From: a virus
Lineage: Duplodnaviria > Caudoviricetes
DNA: 30,872 bases
Virus record (IMG/VR): IMGVR_UViG_3300032306_000546
Coordinates: 1 to 30,872 of that record
Reading direction: 5' to 3' (one strand)
Part shown: piece after piece, positions 1-9,077 of the stretch
How the letters are laid out: each line of letters begins with the position of its first letter
How positions within the stretch are numbered: the stretch's first letter is position 1
Program-made: the position numbers and the translations under genes
The notes under the pieces: generated by a model
Databases searched by the model: none
Seen by the model: the letters and a program-made list of their open reading frames with translations, nothing else
Told to the model about the DNA's origin: nothing

Positions 1-123
1 TACAACCGCAAATTTGGAAACGATCTTGAGGTTGCAAATGTGCAGGAACTTGAATTTTATTTTAAGTCTGCCACCGGGATGGTTGAGTATGCTGGAACTG
101 TCGCCGATTTGACTACAGTTGGA
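1..123. repeat. Terminal direct repeat, left copy (circular-assembly overlap)
   Basis: 1-123 is identical to 30750-30872, and an ORF reads in frame across the join. Confidence 0.97.
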
Positions 124-135
124 TTGAACGACTAA
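1..135 (+). CDS. 3' end of putative major tail tube protein (starts at 30336 and wraps the circle; 182 aa total)
   Basis: Frame tac aac cgc...aac gac TAA (133-135) continues the ORF opened by ATG at 30336. Not in the ORF track because it is split. Confidence 0.75.
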   Translation, partial: YNRKFGNDLEVANVQELEFYFKSATGMVEYAGTVADLTTVGLND

Positions 136-149
136 GAATCGAATAAACA

Positions 150-185
150 GTCTTAAAAAGGGAGCAGAAATGCTCCCTTTTTTTG
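150..185 (+). promoter_or_regulatory. Putative late promoter motif overlapping the terminator
   Basis: GTCTTAA at 150, TTTG at 182-185, ATG at 190. Confidence 0.45.
155..184 (+). terminator. Intrinsic terminator, possibly bidirectional
   Basis: AAAAAGGGAGCA-GAAA-TGCTCCC followed by T7, just after the capsid/tail-tube operon. Confidence 0.85.
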
Positions 186-189
186 TTTT

Positions 190-924
190 ATGAATATTGA
201 AAAACAGATAAAAGAGTGGATGGATTCAATCGAGAAAGATTTTTATTTAGGTCTTTCACTTTTGCAAAAGGTTTGCCGGAATAAAGTTTTGGTGATGAAC
301 CTGGGGAAAAAACAAACTCCAAACAATCTTGAAAAGATTCATTATGAACTGGGTAAATACTTAAATATCGATTACAAACCAATTAATCTGCCGGATGTAA
401 TTGAGGTGGCACCGGCTAAACCAATCGCCACAAAGCCAATTGAGGAAACAGATTACGACATCAAGTCTTTGCCTGATTCGGTGCAGAAATTATTCATCCA
501 GAAGCGTGGATATTATCTGGAGCGAAACAAACTCAGCCAGCAAGTTCAGAATGAAACCAAGGGTCAAACAGTAATCCCAAAATCAGTTCAGGAAATGGTT
601 GTTTCAATTCTTGAATTGGATGAAATGATTAAGGCGGTTGATTCTAAAGTCGAATATTACTGGAGGTATGGAACTCTGCCGGTTGATGGTAAAACACCAG
701 TCGATGACCAGCAGAAAAAGATTACTCTGGAAGATATCCGGAAGAAAATCAAAAATCAAAATACTTATGTGACCAAAGCCCGGCAGCGGTTTGAAAAGAA
801 TCCTGAAAATCTGCGGTATGCCGAAGAATTGCAGAAAAAAATCTACGAGCTGAAGGAACTACACTACCAGCGCGATGCACTTTCAATTTCGACACCAGCT
901 GACCAACTACCTGATCCGGCATAA
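190..924 (+). CDS. Hypothetical phage protein, helical/coiled-coil
   Basis: 244-aa ORF with Lys/Glu/Gln-rich helical segments, between tail tube and terminase genes. Confidence 0.8.
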   Translation: MNIEKQIKEWMDSIEKDFYLGLSLLQKVCRNKVLVMNLGKKQTPNNLEKIHYELGKYLNIDYKPINLPDVIEVAPAKPIATKPIEETDYDIKSLPDSVQKLFIQKRGYYLERNKLSQQVQNETKGQTVIPKSVQEMVVSILELDEMIKAVDSKVEYYWRYGTLPVDGKTPVDDQQKKITLEDIRKKIKNQNTYVTKARQRFEKNPENLRYAEELQKKIYELKELHYQRDALSISTPADQLPDPA

Positions 925-1252
925 CTTTGATGAACTGGATTTATACTTCGCCAGCCATCCGGCTGAGATGTATGAATTCTTGAGGGTTAAGGCTATCTGC
1001 GGAATTGAAAAATCAGAGTCCATTTTTTACGAAAAAATAGTCGGGTACGACAAAAAAAGGAGAAGGGCATTTATCTGCATCAATATGCTGATGCTGGACA
1101 ATGAAACAAATTTGCATCGGGTAATTCGGGAAGGAATTCAGGAAGCCGATACAATTGTGACAATCAGCCGGGAGGATTCGGTGGCTGAATCGTTTATTCT
1201 GGCATCGCAGTACTGCGAGAAAATTGGAATAAAGGTTGCGTTCGGCAACTAG
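875..1252 (+). CDS. Hypothetical protein
   Basis: 125-aa ORF overlapping the upstream gene by 50 nt; start could be the later ATG at 968. Confidence 0.6.
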   Translation: MHFQFRHQLTNYLIRHNFDELDLYFASHPAEMYEFLRVKAICGIEKSESIFYEKIVGYDKKRRRAFICINMLMLDNETNLHRVIREGIQEADTIVTISREDSVAESFILASQYCEKIGIKVAFGN

Positions 1253-1286
1253 TCTTAAAATCGAAAGATTAGATCAATTAGATTTA
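1252..1286 (+). promoter_or_regulatory. Putative late promoter motif
   Basis: GTCTTAA at 1252, TAGATTTA at 1279-1286, ATG at 1291. Confidence 0.6.
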
Positions 1287-1290
1287 CACA

Positions 1291-1851
1291 ATGGAAGGCG
1301 ACAAAATTGACAGATACAGGGCCATAGTTTTGGGTAAGCGATCCGGGACTGAAAAGCAAAAGGAAAGCATCGCCCGGTTTCGCCATGCTTTTACGATGCT
1401 TTGTGAAGGATTCACACCGATGCAAACCGCCAAAGACATCATGACCACATTTGAAGTTGGGGAAACCATGGCTTTGCGAATTGTTAGGGAATCCGTTGCA
1501 GTATTTGGAGATGCCAATCGATTTTCAAAACGAGGCATGAAGGTGGCGAATTACGAACGGTTGATGAAGCTGGCCCAGAGATGCGAGGAGCGTGGCGAGT
1601 TCGCCACGGCTAGACTGTTAATAAAAGATGCGAACGAATTGCTGGGATTGACCAACGATGATGAAGAGCATTTGGAGAATCCAAACGAGTGGATGCGTCC
1701 GGATGGATTTATTATCATGACAGATCCAAAAGCTTTGGAAAATGCCCACAAAATAATTGAGTTTGAAACACAGGATGCGGAGGTGATTGATGAAGAAGAA
1801 GGAACACTACCAGATAATTTATCTAACGCCGAAGCAGGCGGAATTTCTTAA
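1291..1851 (+). CDS. Putative terminase small subunit
   Basis: 186 aa directly upstream of and overlapping terL, with an HTH-like N-terminal half, helical middle and acidic tail. Call is mainly positional. Confidence 0.6.
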   Translation: MEGDKIDRYRAIVLGKRSGTEKQKESIARFRHAFTMLCEGFTPMQTAKDIMTTFEVGETMALRIVRESVAVFGDANRFSKRGMKVANYERLMKLAQRCEERGEFATARLLIKDANELLGLTNDDEEHLENPNEWMRPDGFIIMTDPKALENAHKIIEFETQDAEVIDEEEGTLPDNLSNAEAGGIS

Positions 1852-3325
1852 TGCCAGGCAGAAACGCAAAGCGCTGATTGCCGGTCGTGGGTTTGGAAAA
1901 ACTCATGTGATGGGTCACCATGTTTTTCGATTGTTTCGGAATTTGCCAACCGGAAAATCACTTGCGGTTTCCTCGACTTATTACCAGCTTCTGACAAAGA
2001 CCTGTCCTGAAATGGAATCCGCCTGGAAGGAATACGGAATCACGGAATGGGACGACAGGAAAAAGACTGGACAATGGATTTTCGGTCGGAGGCCACCGGC
2101 ACACTGGGCGAAGCCGTATAAAATGCCAAAGAACCCGGAATACTGTTATTTTTTCATCAATGGCCATGTTATAGAATTGGGCAGCTTGGAAGTAAAGGAT
2201 CGATTCCGAGGTGGTAGTTACGATGCACTTTGTGGCGATGAATCAGCGCTTTTTAAAGAGGATGTCTGGAATAAAATATTTGTGACCTCAGTTCGTGGGC
2301 GGACTATTGGCCCAGGATCATACGATCCGAAGATTCACTATATGCACCAGTCTATTTGCCATTTCACATCGGCACCCTGGTCACCGGAAGGCCAATGGGT
2401 TTTTAAATGGGAAAAGCTTGCAGAGCAGATGCCCGACAAATACTTTTTCATGTCTGGCAAAACCACGGACAACATCGCAATCCTGGGCGAAGACTACATC
2501 GATAATTTGAAGAATAGTTTGTCACCGCTGGAATACTACATTGAAGTTTTGAATGGGCGGATGGATCGCCAGCCGGGTGGCGGATATTATCCAAGCTTTA
2601 GTGAGGAAAAGCATTCGACCATTATCACCTACGATTACGATTGGGATTCTGGTGGAAGAATGACCATCAAAAGGGATTCATTCATCCATCGGGATAAGCC
2701 GCTTTTATTATCGCTTGATTTCAACATCACATTCACTTGCATGATTGTTTGCCAGCAAATCAACCAGACGCAATTTCAGGAATTCCGTGTTTGCGATAAT
2801 CTGTTTTCGAAACCTGATCCATTAAACGATAAGGATGGCGAATTGTTGATTGATACCTTAATCGACCAGTTCTGCCAGAAGTATTCACACCATCCAGTAA
2901 AGTATGTGGAACTGTATGGCGATGCATCGGGTAACAATCGCAGACTAGGTGCGCCACCGCTATTCGAACAGGCAGTCGCACGATTAAAGCACAATGGATG
3001 GCAGGGAAACATTAAAGCATCAAGTAAGCTGCCAGGACATGAGATGCGCCACATATTAATCAATAACATATTGCGCCGGAACGAGATGCGATTCCCTGTG
3101 ATAATGATCAATGCAAACAACTGCCGGGCATTAATCATGTCGGTGATGAATGCGCCAATCAAAAACGATTACACCAAGGATAAGCGCAGCGAGGCCCAAA
3201 ACATTCAGCAAGAGTTTGCCACGCACCTCAGTGATACATTCGATTACATCCTTGTGAGTCTTTATGCCAGGATCATGGCGAGTGGCAACGACTCCATTTG
3301 GTCCAGCATCGTAATCGGGAGATAA
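1787..3325 (+). CDS. terL: Terminase large subunit
   Basis: LTPKQ adenine-binding motif, Walker A AGRGFGKT, Walker B LCGDES, RNase H-like nuclease motifs SLDFN, YGDASG and HLSDTFDY. Confidence 0.95.
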   Translation: MMKKKEHYQIIYLTPKQAEFLNARQKRKALIAGRGFGKTHVMGHHVFRLFRNLPTGKSLAVSSTYYQLLTKTCPEMESAWKEYGITEWDDRKKTGQWIFGRRPPAHWAKPYKMPKNPEYCYFFINGHVIELGSLEVKDRFRGGSYDALCGDESALFKEDVWNKIFVTSVRGRTIGPGSYDPKIHYMHQSICHFTSAPWSPEGQWVFKWEKLAEQMPDKYFFMSGKTTDNIAILGEDYIDNLKNSLSPLEYYIEVLNGRMDRQPGGGYYPSFSEEKHSTIITYDYDWDSGGRMTIKRDSFIHRDKPLLLSLDFNITFTCMIVCQQINQTQFQEFRVCDNLFSKPDPLNDKDGELLIDTLIDQFCQKYSHHPVKYVELYGDASGNNRRLGAPPLFEQAVARLKHNGWQGNIKASSKLPGHEMRHILINNILRRNEMRFPVIMINANNCRALIMSVMNAPIKNDYTKDKRSEAQNIQQEFATHLSDTFDYILVSLYARIMASGNDSIWSSIVIGR

Positions 3326-3637
3326 TTATTTCAAGGGCGCTGGCATCAGTCAGATATTGCCATTTGCAAGTTTTCATATAAGCGCAGATGAGAAATGGGG
3401 ATTGCCCATTGTCAAAGGGCGCCCCCGCTGTCAATCGGCCAACGGCACCCTGTGGTTTATGTGATTGCTAAATTCGGGCTTTTGGTAAGGAATAGAATAA
3501 ATGCCTTTATGCTTTGTGTTGTGGCGGTTTTTTTATAATTATCTCAGCCAGTGTTTTGGAGGTTTTCCAAAATTTGGAAAAATAGCTGCGATTTGTGAGG
3601 CAGCCCGGCGGATTTTCGCGCTTGCGATATGCTTTTT

Positions 3638-3817
3638 GTTGGAAACATCGGCACCATTTCTGTTCCAACCGTTCCAACCATGCCAACCGCCTTATATATA
3701 TATACTTTAAAATAAAATAAATATATATATATGAGTGAGTTACGCACAGACTGAGCCAGCAGGGAGGCTGGAAATACGGTTGGAATGGCGTTCCAACCCG
3801 TTCCAACCGTTCCAACC
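3638..3817. repeat. Iteron array A (GTTCCAACC) with AT-rich core; origin-like
   Basis: GTTCCAACC at 3662, 3671, 3790, 3800 and 3809; variant ATGCCAACC at 3680; inverted GTTGGAA at 3638 and 3779; (TA)n/A-tract core at 3692-3732. Confidence 0.85.
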
Positions 3818-3834
3818 GGAACAAAAAAATACTT

Positions 3835-3869
3835 GTCCTAAAATGAATTTAGAAATCGGCTGATATTCG
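3835..3869 (+). promoter_or_regulatory. Putative late promoter motif for the portal-lysis-tail operon
   Basis: GTCCTAA at 3835, GATATTCG at 3862-3869, TTG at 3875 and ATG at 3881. Confidence 0.6.
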
Positions 3870-3880
3870 TATCGTTGAAA

Positions 3881-4198
3881 ATGGCAGAATTCAGAATTGG
3901 GCAGATATTGACAATGATTCACACGACTTTGGGCGAGTTTGAAATTGAATTCATTCGGAAGGATGGCACCGAGCGAGTGACTAAACCTAGAGTTCGAATT
4001 GGTGTTCCGCCATCTGAGTCGAAAATGAGAAAATTAAGAGGTGAACCGGTGGGCGCAAATAAATCCTGGGGCCACCAAATCAACCGATCGCATAATCTTT
4101 TGCTTTTTGACATTCAAAAAAATCGCCCATTCGAAATCAAAATCGCCTTATTGATGGCATTTAATAAAATCTTAGTTCGCTGGCACAATGAAAAATGA
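3881..4198 (+). CDS. Small beta-rich protein upstream of portal
   Basis: FEIEFIRKDGTER...LLLFDI...FEIKI pattern, possibly SH3/WYL-like. Start is ATG 3881 or TTG 3875. Confidence 0.65.
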   Translation: MAEFRIGQILTMIHTTLGEFEIEFIRKDGTERVTKPRVRIGVPPSESKMRKLRGEPVGANKSWGHQINRSHNLLLFDIQKNRPFEIKIALLMAFNKILVRWHNEK

Positions 4199-5468
4199 CA
4201 ATCACCTGGTGGCATTCTTAAAGAAGAGCCGATCGGTTATGACTCTGACAAACACGAAAAATGTTTTGCGGACAAAGAACCAAGGGAATCTCGATGGATT
4301 CAAATATGAAAAATTCGGAGCCGATGATAAACTCCCAGATGAAATTCTAACCGCCGTTTGGGAAAATGACTTCATGCCGCAGTTACTTCATACTGAAGCT
4401 GCGTTTCTGCATGGTTCCGGATTGGGAGTTTTTCGAAAAAGGATTGTTCCTGGAACAGATCAGATGCCAGCCAAAGAAATCATTGAACCGGTGTTTGATC
4501 CGGCAGTCGATGAATGGATGAAAAAGATTCACATTTCGGATTACTGGCTGAAAGCTTGCATTCAGTTTGTGACTGGTGCCAATGTTTACACCGGGTTCAA
4601 TTTGAATATTGCCGGCCAACCGGTGGAAATGAATATTTACGATTGGTCAACAGTTCGTGCGGAGCAGATAGATGAAACCACCGGACAGATTAATCATTAT
4701 TTGCTTTTCGGCGAAAGAATAATTGATGATAATAAAATCAAAGTTCAGGCATTGCCAAGGTATTACACCGGCATCCAGAACTATTCGCCACAATTTATTT
4801 ACCACGGCAAAATGCCGACCAGCGGACAGGCGGTTTATGGATTGCCAATTTGGTTTGGCGCTTTGGAAACAATCAAGGTTCTCAACCGGATTCCAAAATT
4901 TCACTCATCTGGAATTGATAACGGTTACAATGTAAAATACCATGTGAAGGTTCCGAGTTTATACCTTGACCAGTTCGGCACTCAGGAAGAAAAGGACAAA
5001 GCCTGGATCAATCTGCAAGATGCAATGGATGAGCAATTGTGCGGTGTGAACAATGTCAACAAAACGGTGATGACTAAATTTTTCATCGATCCGGTTTCGA
5101 ACAAACCTTTGCCTGGTTTTGAAATTCTGGCATTGCAGCAAGTAAAGACAGATGAACAATATTTATCGCTCTCAAAAGATTTCAGGATTAATGCGGCAAG
5201 TTCAGTTGGAATTCATCCCGGACTTGCAAATGTGGATACCGGTGGAAAGCTGGGCGGGAGTGCTTCAGAAATGCGGGTTGCTGCTCAACTTCATATTTCA
5301 CTGAGGACACCGATTCCACGGACAATTCTTTTGCAGCCAATTAAAATTGCAATGAAGCTGATGAACTTTGCACCCGATCTTTTCATTGCTCCAAAGGACT
5401 TTGAATTGACAACCTTAGACAATAATCCAACCGGCAATCAAACTGTAATGAGCAATGTTACTTTCTAA
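4188..5468 (+). CDS. Portal protein
   Basis: 426 aa after terminase; FGxDDxLP, YGLPIW...IPKFH...NG, and GIHPGL...GSASEMR segments resemble Bacteroidota phage portals. Confidence 0.85.
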   Translation: MKNDNHLVAFLKKSRSVMTLTNTKNVLRTKNQGNLDGFKYEKFGADDKLPDEILTAVWENDFMPQLLHTEAAFLHGSGLGVFRKRIVPGTDQMPAKEIIEPVFDPAVDEWMKKIHISDYWLKACIQFVTGANVYTGFNLNIAGQPVEMNIYDWSTVRAEQIDETTGQINHYLLFGERIIDDNKIKVQALPRYYTGIQNYSPQFIYHGKMPTSGQAVYGLPIWFGALETIKVLNRIPKFHSSGIDNGYNVKYHVKVPSLYLDQFGTQEEKDKAWINLQDAMDEQLCGVNNVNKTVMTKFFIDPVSNKPLPGFEILALQQVKTDEQYLSLSKDFRINAASSVGIHPGLANVDTGGKLGGSASEMRVAAQLHISLRTPIPRTILLQPIKIAMKLMNFAPDLFIAPKDFELTTLDNNPTGNQTVMSNVTF

Positions 5469-6444
5469 CACTGAAGAAATCAAGGGGTATTATTCCCGGC
5501 TGAATATCAATTCAGATTTCACATCCTTTATTTCATTTATTCAGGATGCGACCATAAAATACCTGACTCCAATGATTGGTCAGGAAACTATTGATGTGAT
5601 GGAATTGTGGTATGCAAACTGGGATGGCACCACCACCGACCCAGTTGATGAGGCCAATGCCAAATTACTTTCCCACATACAAAGGTGCCTAGTGTATTAC
5701 ATGATGTTGGATGCAGCACCAACTTTGGCGCTGGATCTGGGTGATAATGGACTGACTGAAAAAGACACCGATGGAACTACACCGGTTCGATTGTTTGTTT
5801 ATGAAAAGCTTGTTGAATACCTGAGCCAATCAGCGGACACTTTTGCGGAAAACCTACTTTTGTTTTTGGAAGTGAATGCCGAGGATTATCTTTTTTGGGA
5901 TGAATCTGAAAGCCGCCAAAACCAAAGAAAATTATTCTTGGATGGCGGTAAAAGATTGGGAGAATTTATTCCAATGACTGAGCCACGACGGTTTTATCTG
6001 GGAATGATTCCAAGTGTAAACAAAATTGAAAGCCTACTGATTCACGAAATACTTGGCGCTGCTTTTTTTGATGAACTCAAAACCGAAATGGCTGCCGGAA
6101 CTCTGACTCCGGAAAACGCTTTACTGGTTACTAAGATTCGCCCGGTTGTTGCATACAATGCAATGGTTGATTGTTTGCCGAATATGTCGGTGGCAGTTGG
6201 TTCCACTGGAATCCGGATTTTGAATCAGTACGATAGCCAGCGCAATCGTTCAGCCGAGGATACACAGAACGGAATTGTGATGCAGTATAGGGGAAATGCC
6301 ACGACTTACGAGGCACTATTGCGGAAATTCTTAAATGATAATTATTCAGATTATCCATTGTATGAGGTTCCGGTTTTGCCGACTGATCCAGGGGCTAACT
6401 TTCAAATTGCGGACAACACATTTAAAAGATCATTCCGTTTTTAA
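5455..6444 (+). CDS. Putative head-tail adaptor (DUF6712-like) with internal duplication
   Basis: Follows portal; two similar helical halves are visible. Confidence 0.65.
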   Translation: MLLSNTEEIKGYYSRLNINSDFTSFISFIQDATIKYLTPMIGQETIDVMELWYANWDGTTTDPVDEANAKLLSHIQRCLVYYMMLDAAPTLALDLGDNGLTEKDTDGTTPVRLFVYEKLVEYLSQSADTFAENLLLFLEVNAEDYLFWDESESRQNQRKLFLDGGKRLGEFIPMTEPRRFYLGMIPSVNKIESLLIHEILGAAFFDELKTEMAAGTLTPENALLVTKIRPVVAYNAMVDCLPNMSVAVGSTGIRILNQYDSQRNRSAEDTQNGIVMQYRGNATTYEALLRKFLNDNYSDYPLYEVPVLPTDPGANFQIADNTFKRSFRF

Positions 6445-6446
6445 TC

Positions 6447-6695
6447 ATGTCACCAGAAATTCTTGCCACCATTATTGCCGTAGGTGCGGCATTGATTGCA
6501 TCGGTAATTGGAATTTATAGCCAACTAAATGCGAAGGTTTCCGTAATTGATGAAAAGATTGCCCAGCTGGAAGAGCAAGGAAGAATCGATGCAGCTGAAA
6601 GAAAAGAGCAAACTAAGGTTCTGCACAATCTGGCACTATCCATCCAGCGCCTATCTGGATTTTTGGAAGCCAATCAAAATATTCCAAGAATATGA
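6447..6695 (+). CDS. Membrane-anchored coiled-coil protein (holin/antiholin-like)
   Basis: One N-terminal TM segment then a heptad coiled coil; first gene of the lysis cassette. Confidence 0.6.
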   Translation: MSPEILATIIAVGAALIASVIGIYSQLNAKVSVIDEKIAQLEEQGRIDAAERKEQTKVLHNLALSIQRLSGFLEANQNIPRI

Positions 6696-7312
6696 GATTG
6701 ATTTCCATCCCGGTTATTTCGTTTATTCTTCTGCTTGCAATGGGAGTTTATCTGATTTACCGGGAAAGGAAATTCGGACAAGTCGTTTCCGAAAATGGCA
6801 ACCTGATGAAATTGCTTTCGACCAAAAATCAGGAAGTGATAAAGGGCGATTCCGGCGAAACATTAATGCGCCAGGCAAAAGTTGAAGTCAGCCGACAGAC
6901 ATTCAATCAGATTATGGGCGAAAAGATTGATCAGCTGGAAACCCGGCTGAATACCCGATTTAACCGGATTGAAAACATCACTCAGATTTCTGTGAAAACA
7001 ATTACGAAACAGAAAATGCAGGGAAAGGACACCGTGATGGTTTGGCACTTTGATTCCACGGCTGCGCCAAAGATGGACACCGTTCTGGTGTTTCGGTTTA
7101 CGGACAAATTTGGAACTAGCCAGATTACCGTAAAGGGAAAAGAGGCAATCAAAATAGACAGTACAGTTAATTCATTTTACATAATAGAAGACAAGGAAAA
7201 ATGGAAGTTGAAACACCTGTTCAGAAGAAGAGAAAAAAGATTCAACCTAGTGATCATGAATCCGAATTCACGATTGGACACACTGCGGAATCTCAGCGTT
7301 ATGCCCAGATAA
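6692..7312 (+). CDS. Membrane-anchored lysis accessory (spanin-like)
   Basis: N-terminal TM, coiled coil, beta-rich C-terminus with basic KWKLKHLFRRR; ATGA overlap with upstream gene. Confidence 0.5.
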   Translation: MRLISIPVISFILLLAMGVYLIYRERKFGQVVSENGNLMKLLSTKNQEVIKGDSGETLMRQAKVEVSRQTFNQIMGEKIDQLETRLNTRFNRIENITQISVKTITKQKMQGKDTVMVWHFDSTAAPKMDTVLVFRFTDKFGTSQITVKGKEAIKIDSTVNSFYIIEDKEKWKLKHLFRRREKRFNLVIMNPNSRLDTLRNLSVMPR

Positions 7313-7641
7313 ACCGCTGGTGGAGAATCTGGAATGAAATGATTTTATCGCCGCTGGCGATGTTAGTTTTTTTTGCTGGGTACTATTTCGTTTATCAGCA
7401 TTTTGGCCCAGAAGCCGGGCTGGTTCCGCCCGGATATTTCACAAATATTTTAGCCGGGGCGATGATTATGTATGTGGCTGGAATAATGGCAACGATGGCG
7501 ACAAAGTTTAATTTCCCGAAATTCTACCACATCATTTTCGTGACAAATTTTTCGCCTAAAGAAACCGAAACCATCACCGGACTATGCATCTATTTCCTTT
7601 ATTATGGATTTTCAATCTGGGCATTAACGGCGCTCCTGTAA
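7201..7641 (+). CDS. Putative holin (3 TM)
   Basis: Three hydrophobic segments directly upstream of the endolysin; start uncertain (7201 or 7339). Confidence 0.6.
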   Translation: MEVETPVQKKRKKIQPSDHESEFTIGHTAESQRYAQINRWWRIWNEMILSPLAMLVFFAGYYFVYQHFGPEAGLVPPGYFTNILAGAMIMYVAGIMATMATKFNFPKFYHIIFVTNFSPKETETITGLCIYFLYYGFSIWALTALL

Positions 7642-8102
7642 ATTCCTGGCAAGCTGATGCCCAATGTTTATTGGATCAGGCTAGAAACTTACTGAATGTT
7701 CGGGAAGTCGGAGGAAACAACCGTGGCCCAGAAGTCGACAAAATAATTTTGTTTTCCGGCGGTAAACCGGGGCAAGCTTGGTGCGGATATTTCCAAAAGT
7801 TCATCCACATCAAGTGCGGAAGAAAATCTGGAAATGGTTATTCACCCAGCTGGTTCATTCCATCCCGGCTTGTAAAATCCAATCAAATTCCTGGGGATGT
7901 TTTTTCCATTTACAATTCCGGACTAAAAAGAATCGCCCACATCGGCATGGTCGAAATGGTTTTGCCGAATGGAAAATTCATCGTTACAATTGAAGGCAAT
8001 ACCGGCACCTTTGGTGTTCGGGATGGCGGTGGAGTTTATCGCCTTACAAGACCAACAAAATCAATTTATAATTTCGCACGATGGTGGAACCTGAGAATAT
8101 AA
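7584..8102 (+). CDS. CHAP-domain endolysin
   Basis: REVGGNNRGPEV, catalytic AWC, PGDV, HIGMV and TIEGNT motifs of CHAP amidases/peptidases. Confidence 0.9.
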   Translation: MHLFPLLWIFNLGINGAPVNSWQADAQCLLDQARNLLNVREVGGNNRGPEVDKIILFSGGKPGQAWCGYFQKFIHIKCGRKSGNGYSPSWFIPSRLVKSNQIPGDVFSIYNSGLKRIAHIGMVEMVLPNGKFIVTIEGNTGTFGVRDGGGVYRLTRPTKSIYNFARWWNLRI

Positions 8103-8326
8103 ACAATCGCCCAGTTATTTTTGGAATCTTTGTTCTTGACATGATTTTCCTGTACTGTACTGGAATGGGTTTTTGGTCAATTGTGTTTTGGGCAATCGAT
8201 GGAAATTGTAAAATCAATTCGCCAAAAATCATTGAATCAGCGCACATGGTTGTTTTGCCATTGATGCTGGCCTATGCTTTATTTTACTTCATCGACAAAT
8301 ATTTAAGGCGAAGTGGTAAAAATTGA
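8081..8326 (+). CDS. Small 2-TM membrane protein
   Basis: Two hydrophobic segments and a basic C-terminus; overlaps both neighbours. Confidence 0.65.
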   Translation: MVEPENINNRPVIFGIFVLDMIFLYCTGMGFWSIVFWAIDGNCKINSPKIIESAHMVVLPLMLAYALFYFIDKYLRRSGKN

Positions 8327-9077
8327 AATCGGTAAAACGAAAATTTTATTTCCTGAAAAATGGGAAGAACTAACACCGGAAGACTTTAGCCGGGTCGGTC
8401 ATGTTCTGCTTAATCCTTGGACACCGGCATTGCAGTACATGATTATTCGATTACTGACTCCGAAGGTTCATCCATCGGTTTGGGTCAATCTTGATGATGA
8501 TGAATTGCTGGCATTATTGCCATTGACTGAGTTTATGAAACAACCGGTCAAGCTGAAATCCATGCGGCTTTTTAGGATTGGATTTCGGTCGTATTATTTG
8601 CCAGATCGGAATAATATCTTGCTTGCGGATTGGGCATTTAGCGAACAATTAGTGAAAGCATTTTTAACATCTGGGAACGAAGTTTTTTTAAACCAACTGG
8701 TGGCATCGATATGCCGGCCAAAAAAATGGTGGATTCAGATGTTTCCATTTTGGAAAAAATTCAATCTCAAATGGAATGGTGACATCCGGGAGAAATTCCA
8801 TTCAGCCATTGCCGAAGACCGGTCGCCAAAAATTGCGGAGGTTCCATTGCACATCCGGTTGATGGTCGTCTGGTGGGTGGTTCAGCTGCGCTGGGAAGTG
8901 CAAAGAACCAACCAGGTGCTTTTTTCTGGATCAGGGAAATCGGGCGGTGATTGGGTGGAAGCTGCAATGGAAATTTCCGAAAGGGGATTGTTCGGCAATT
9001 TTGAACAGACTATGCAAACACCGTTTTCGATGGTCATTAAATATTTGAATCTTCAAAACAATAAGGCAAAGCAGTAA
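8313..9077 (+). CDS. Putative tail assembly chaperone
   Basis: GTG start; PEKWEELT N-terminal motif and W...GLFGNFEQ...YL C-terminal motif; begins the tail block. Confidence 0.5.
   Translation: MVKIEIGKTKILFPEKWEELTPEDFSRVGHVLLNPWTPALQYMIIRLLTPKVHPSVWVNLDDDELLALLPLTEFMKQPVKLKSMRLFRIGFRSYYLPDRNNILLADWAFSEQLVKAFLTSGNEVFLNQLVASICRPKKWWIQMFPFWKKFNLKWNGDIREKFHSAIAEDRSPKIAEVPLHIRLMVVWWVVQLRWEVQRTNQVLFSGSGKSGGDWVEAAMEISERGLFGNFEQTMQTPFSMVIKYLNLQNNKAKQ

Noticed and set aside
1-123. 123-bp terminal repeat as a biological DTR
   Set aside because: It falls mid-gene and is a perfect copy, as expected from an assembler overlap on a circular contig.
3662-3817. CRISPR array or transposon/Mu-like ends
   Set aside because: Repeats are 9 bp with no regular unique spacers, and no cas or transposase gene is present.
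3501-3922. ORFs on both strands over iteron array A
   Set aside because: The translations are by-products of the 9-bp repeats and (TA)n tract (LERLER, YIYIY).
6547-6885. Nested o-spanin (SSAC motif)
   Set aside because: No hydrophobic signal region precedes the cysteine.
8313-9077. Programmed frameshift of a tail chaperone G/GT pair
   Set aside because: It is a single uninterrupted ORF with TAATG coupling to the next gene; I saw no second frame needing a shift.
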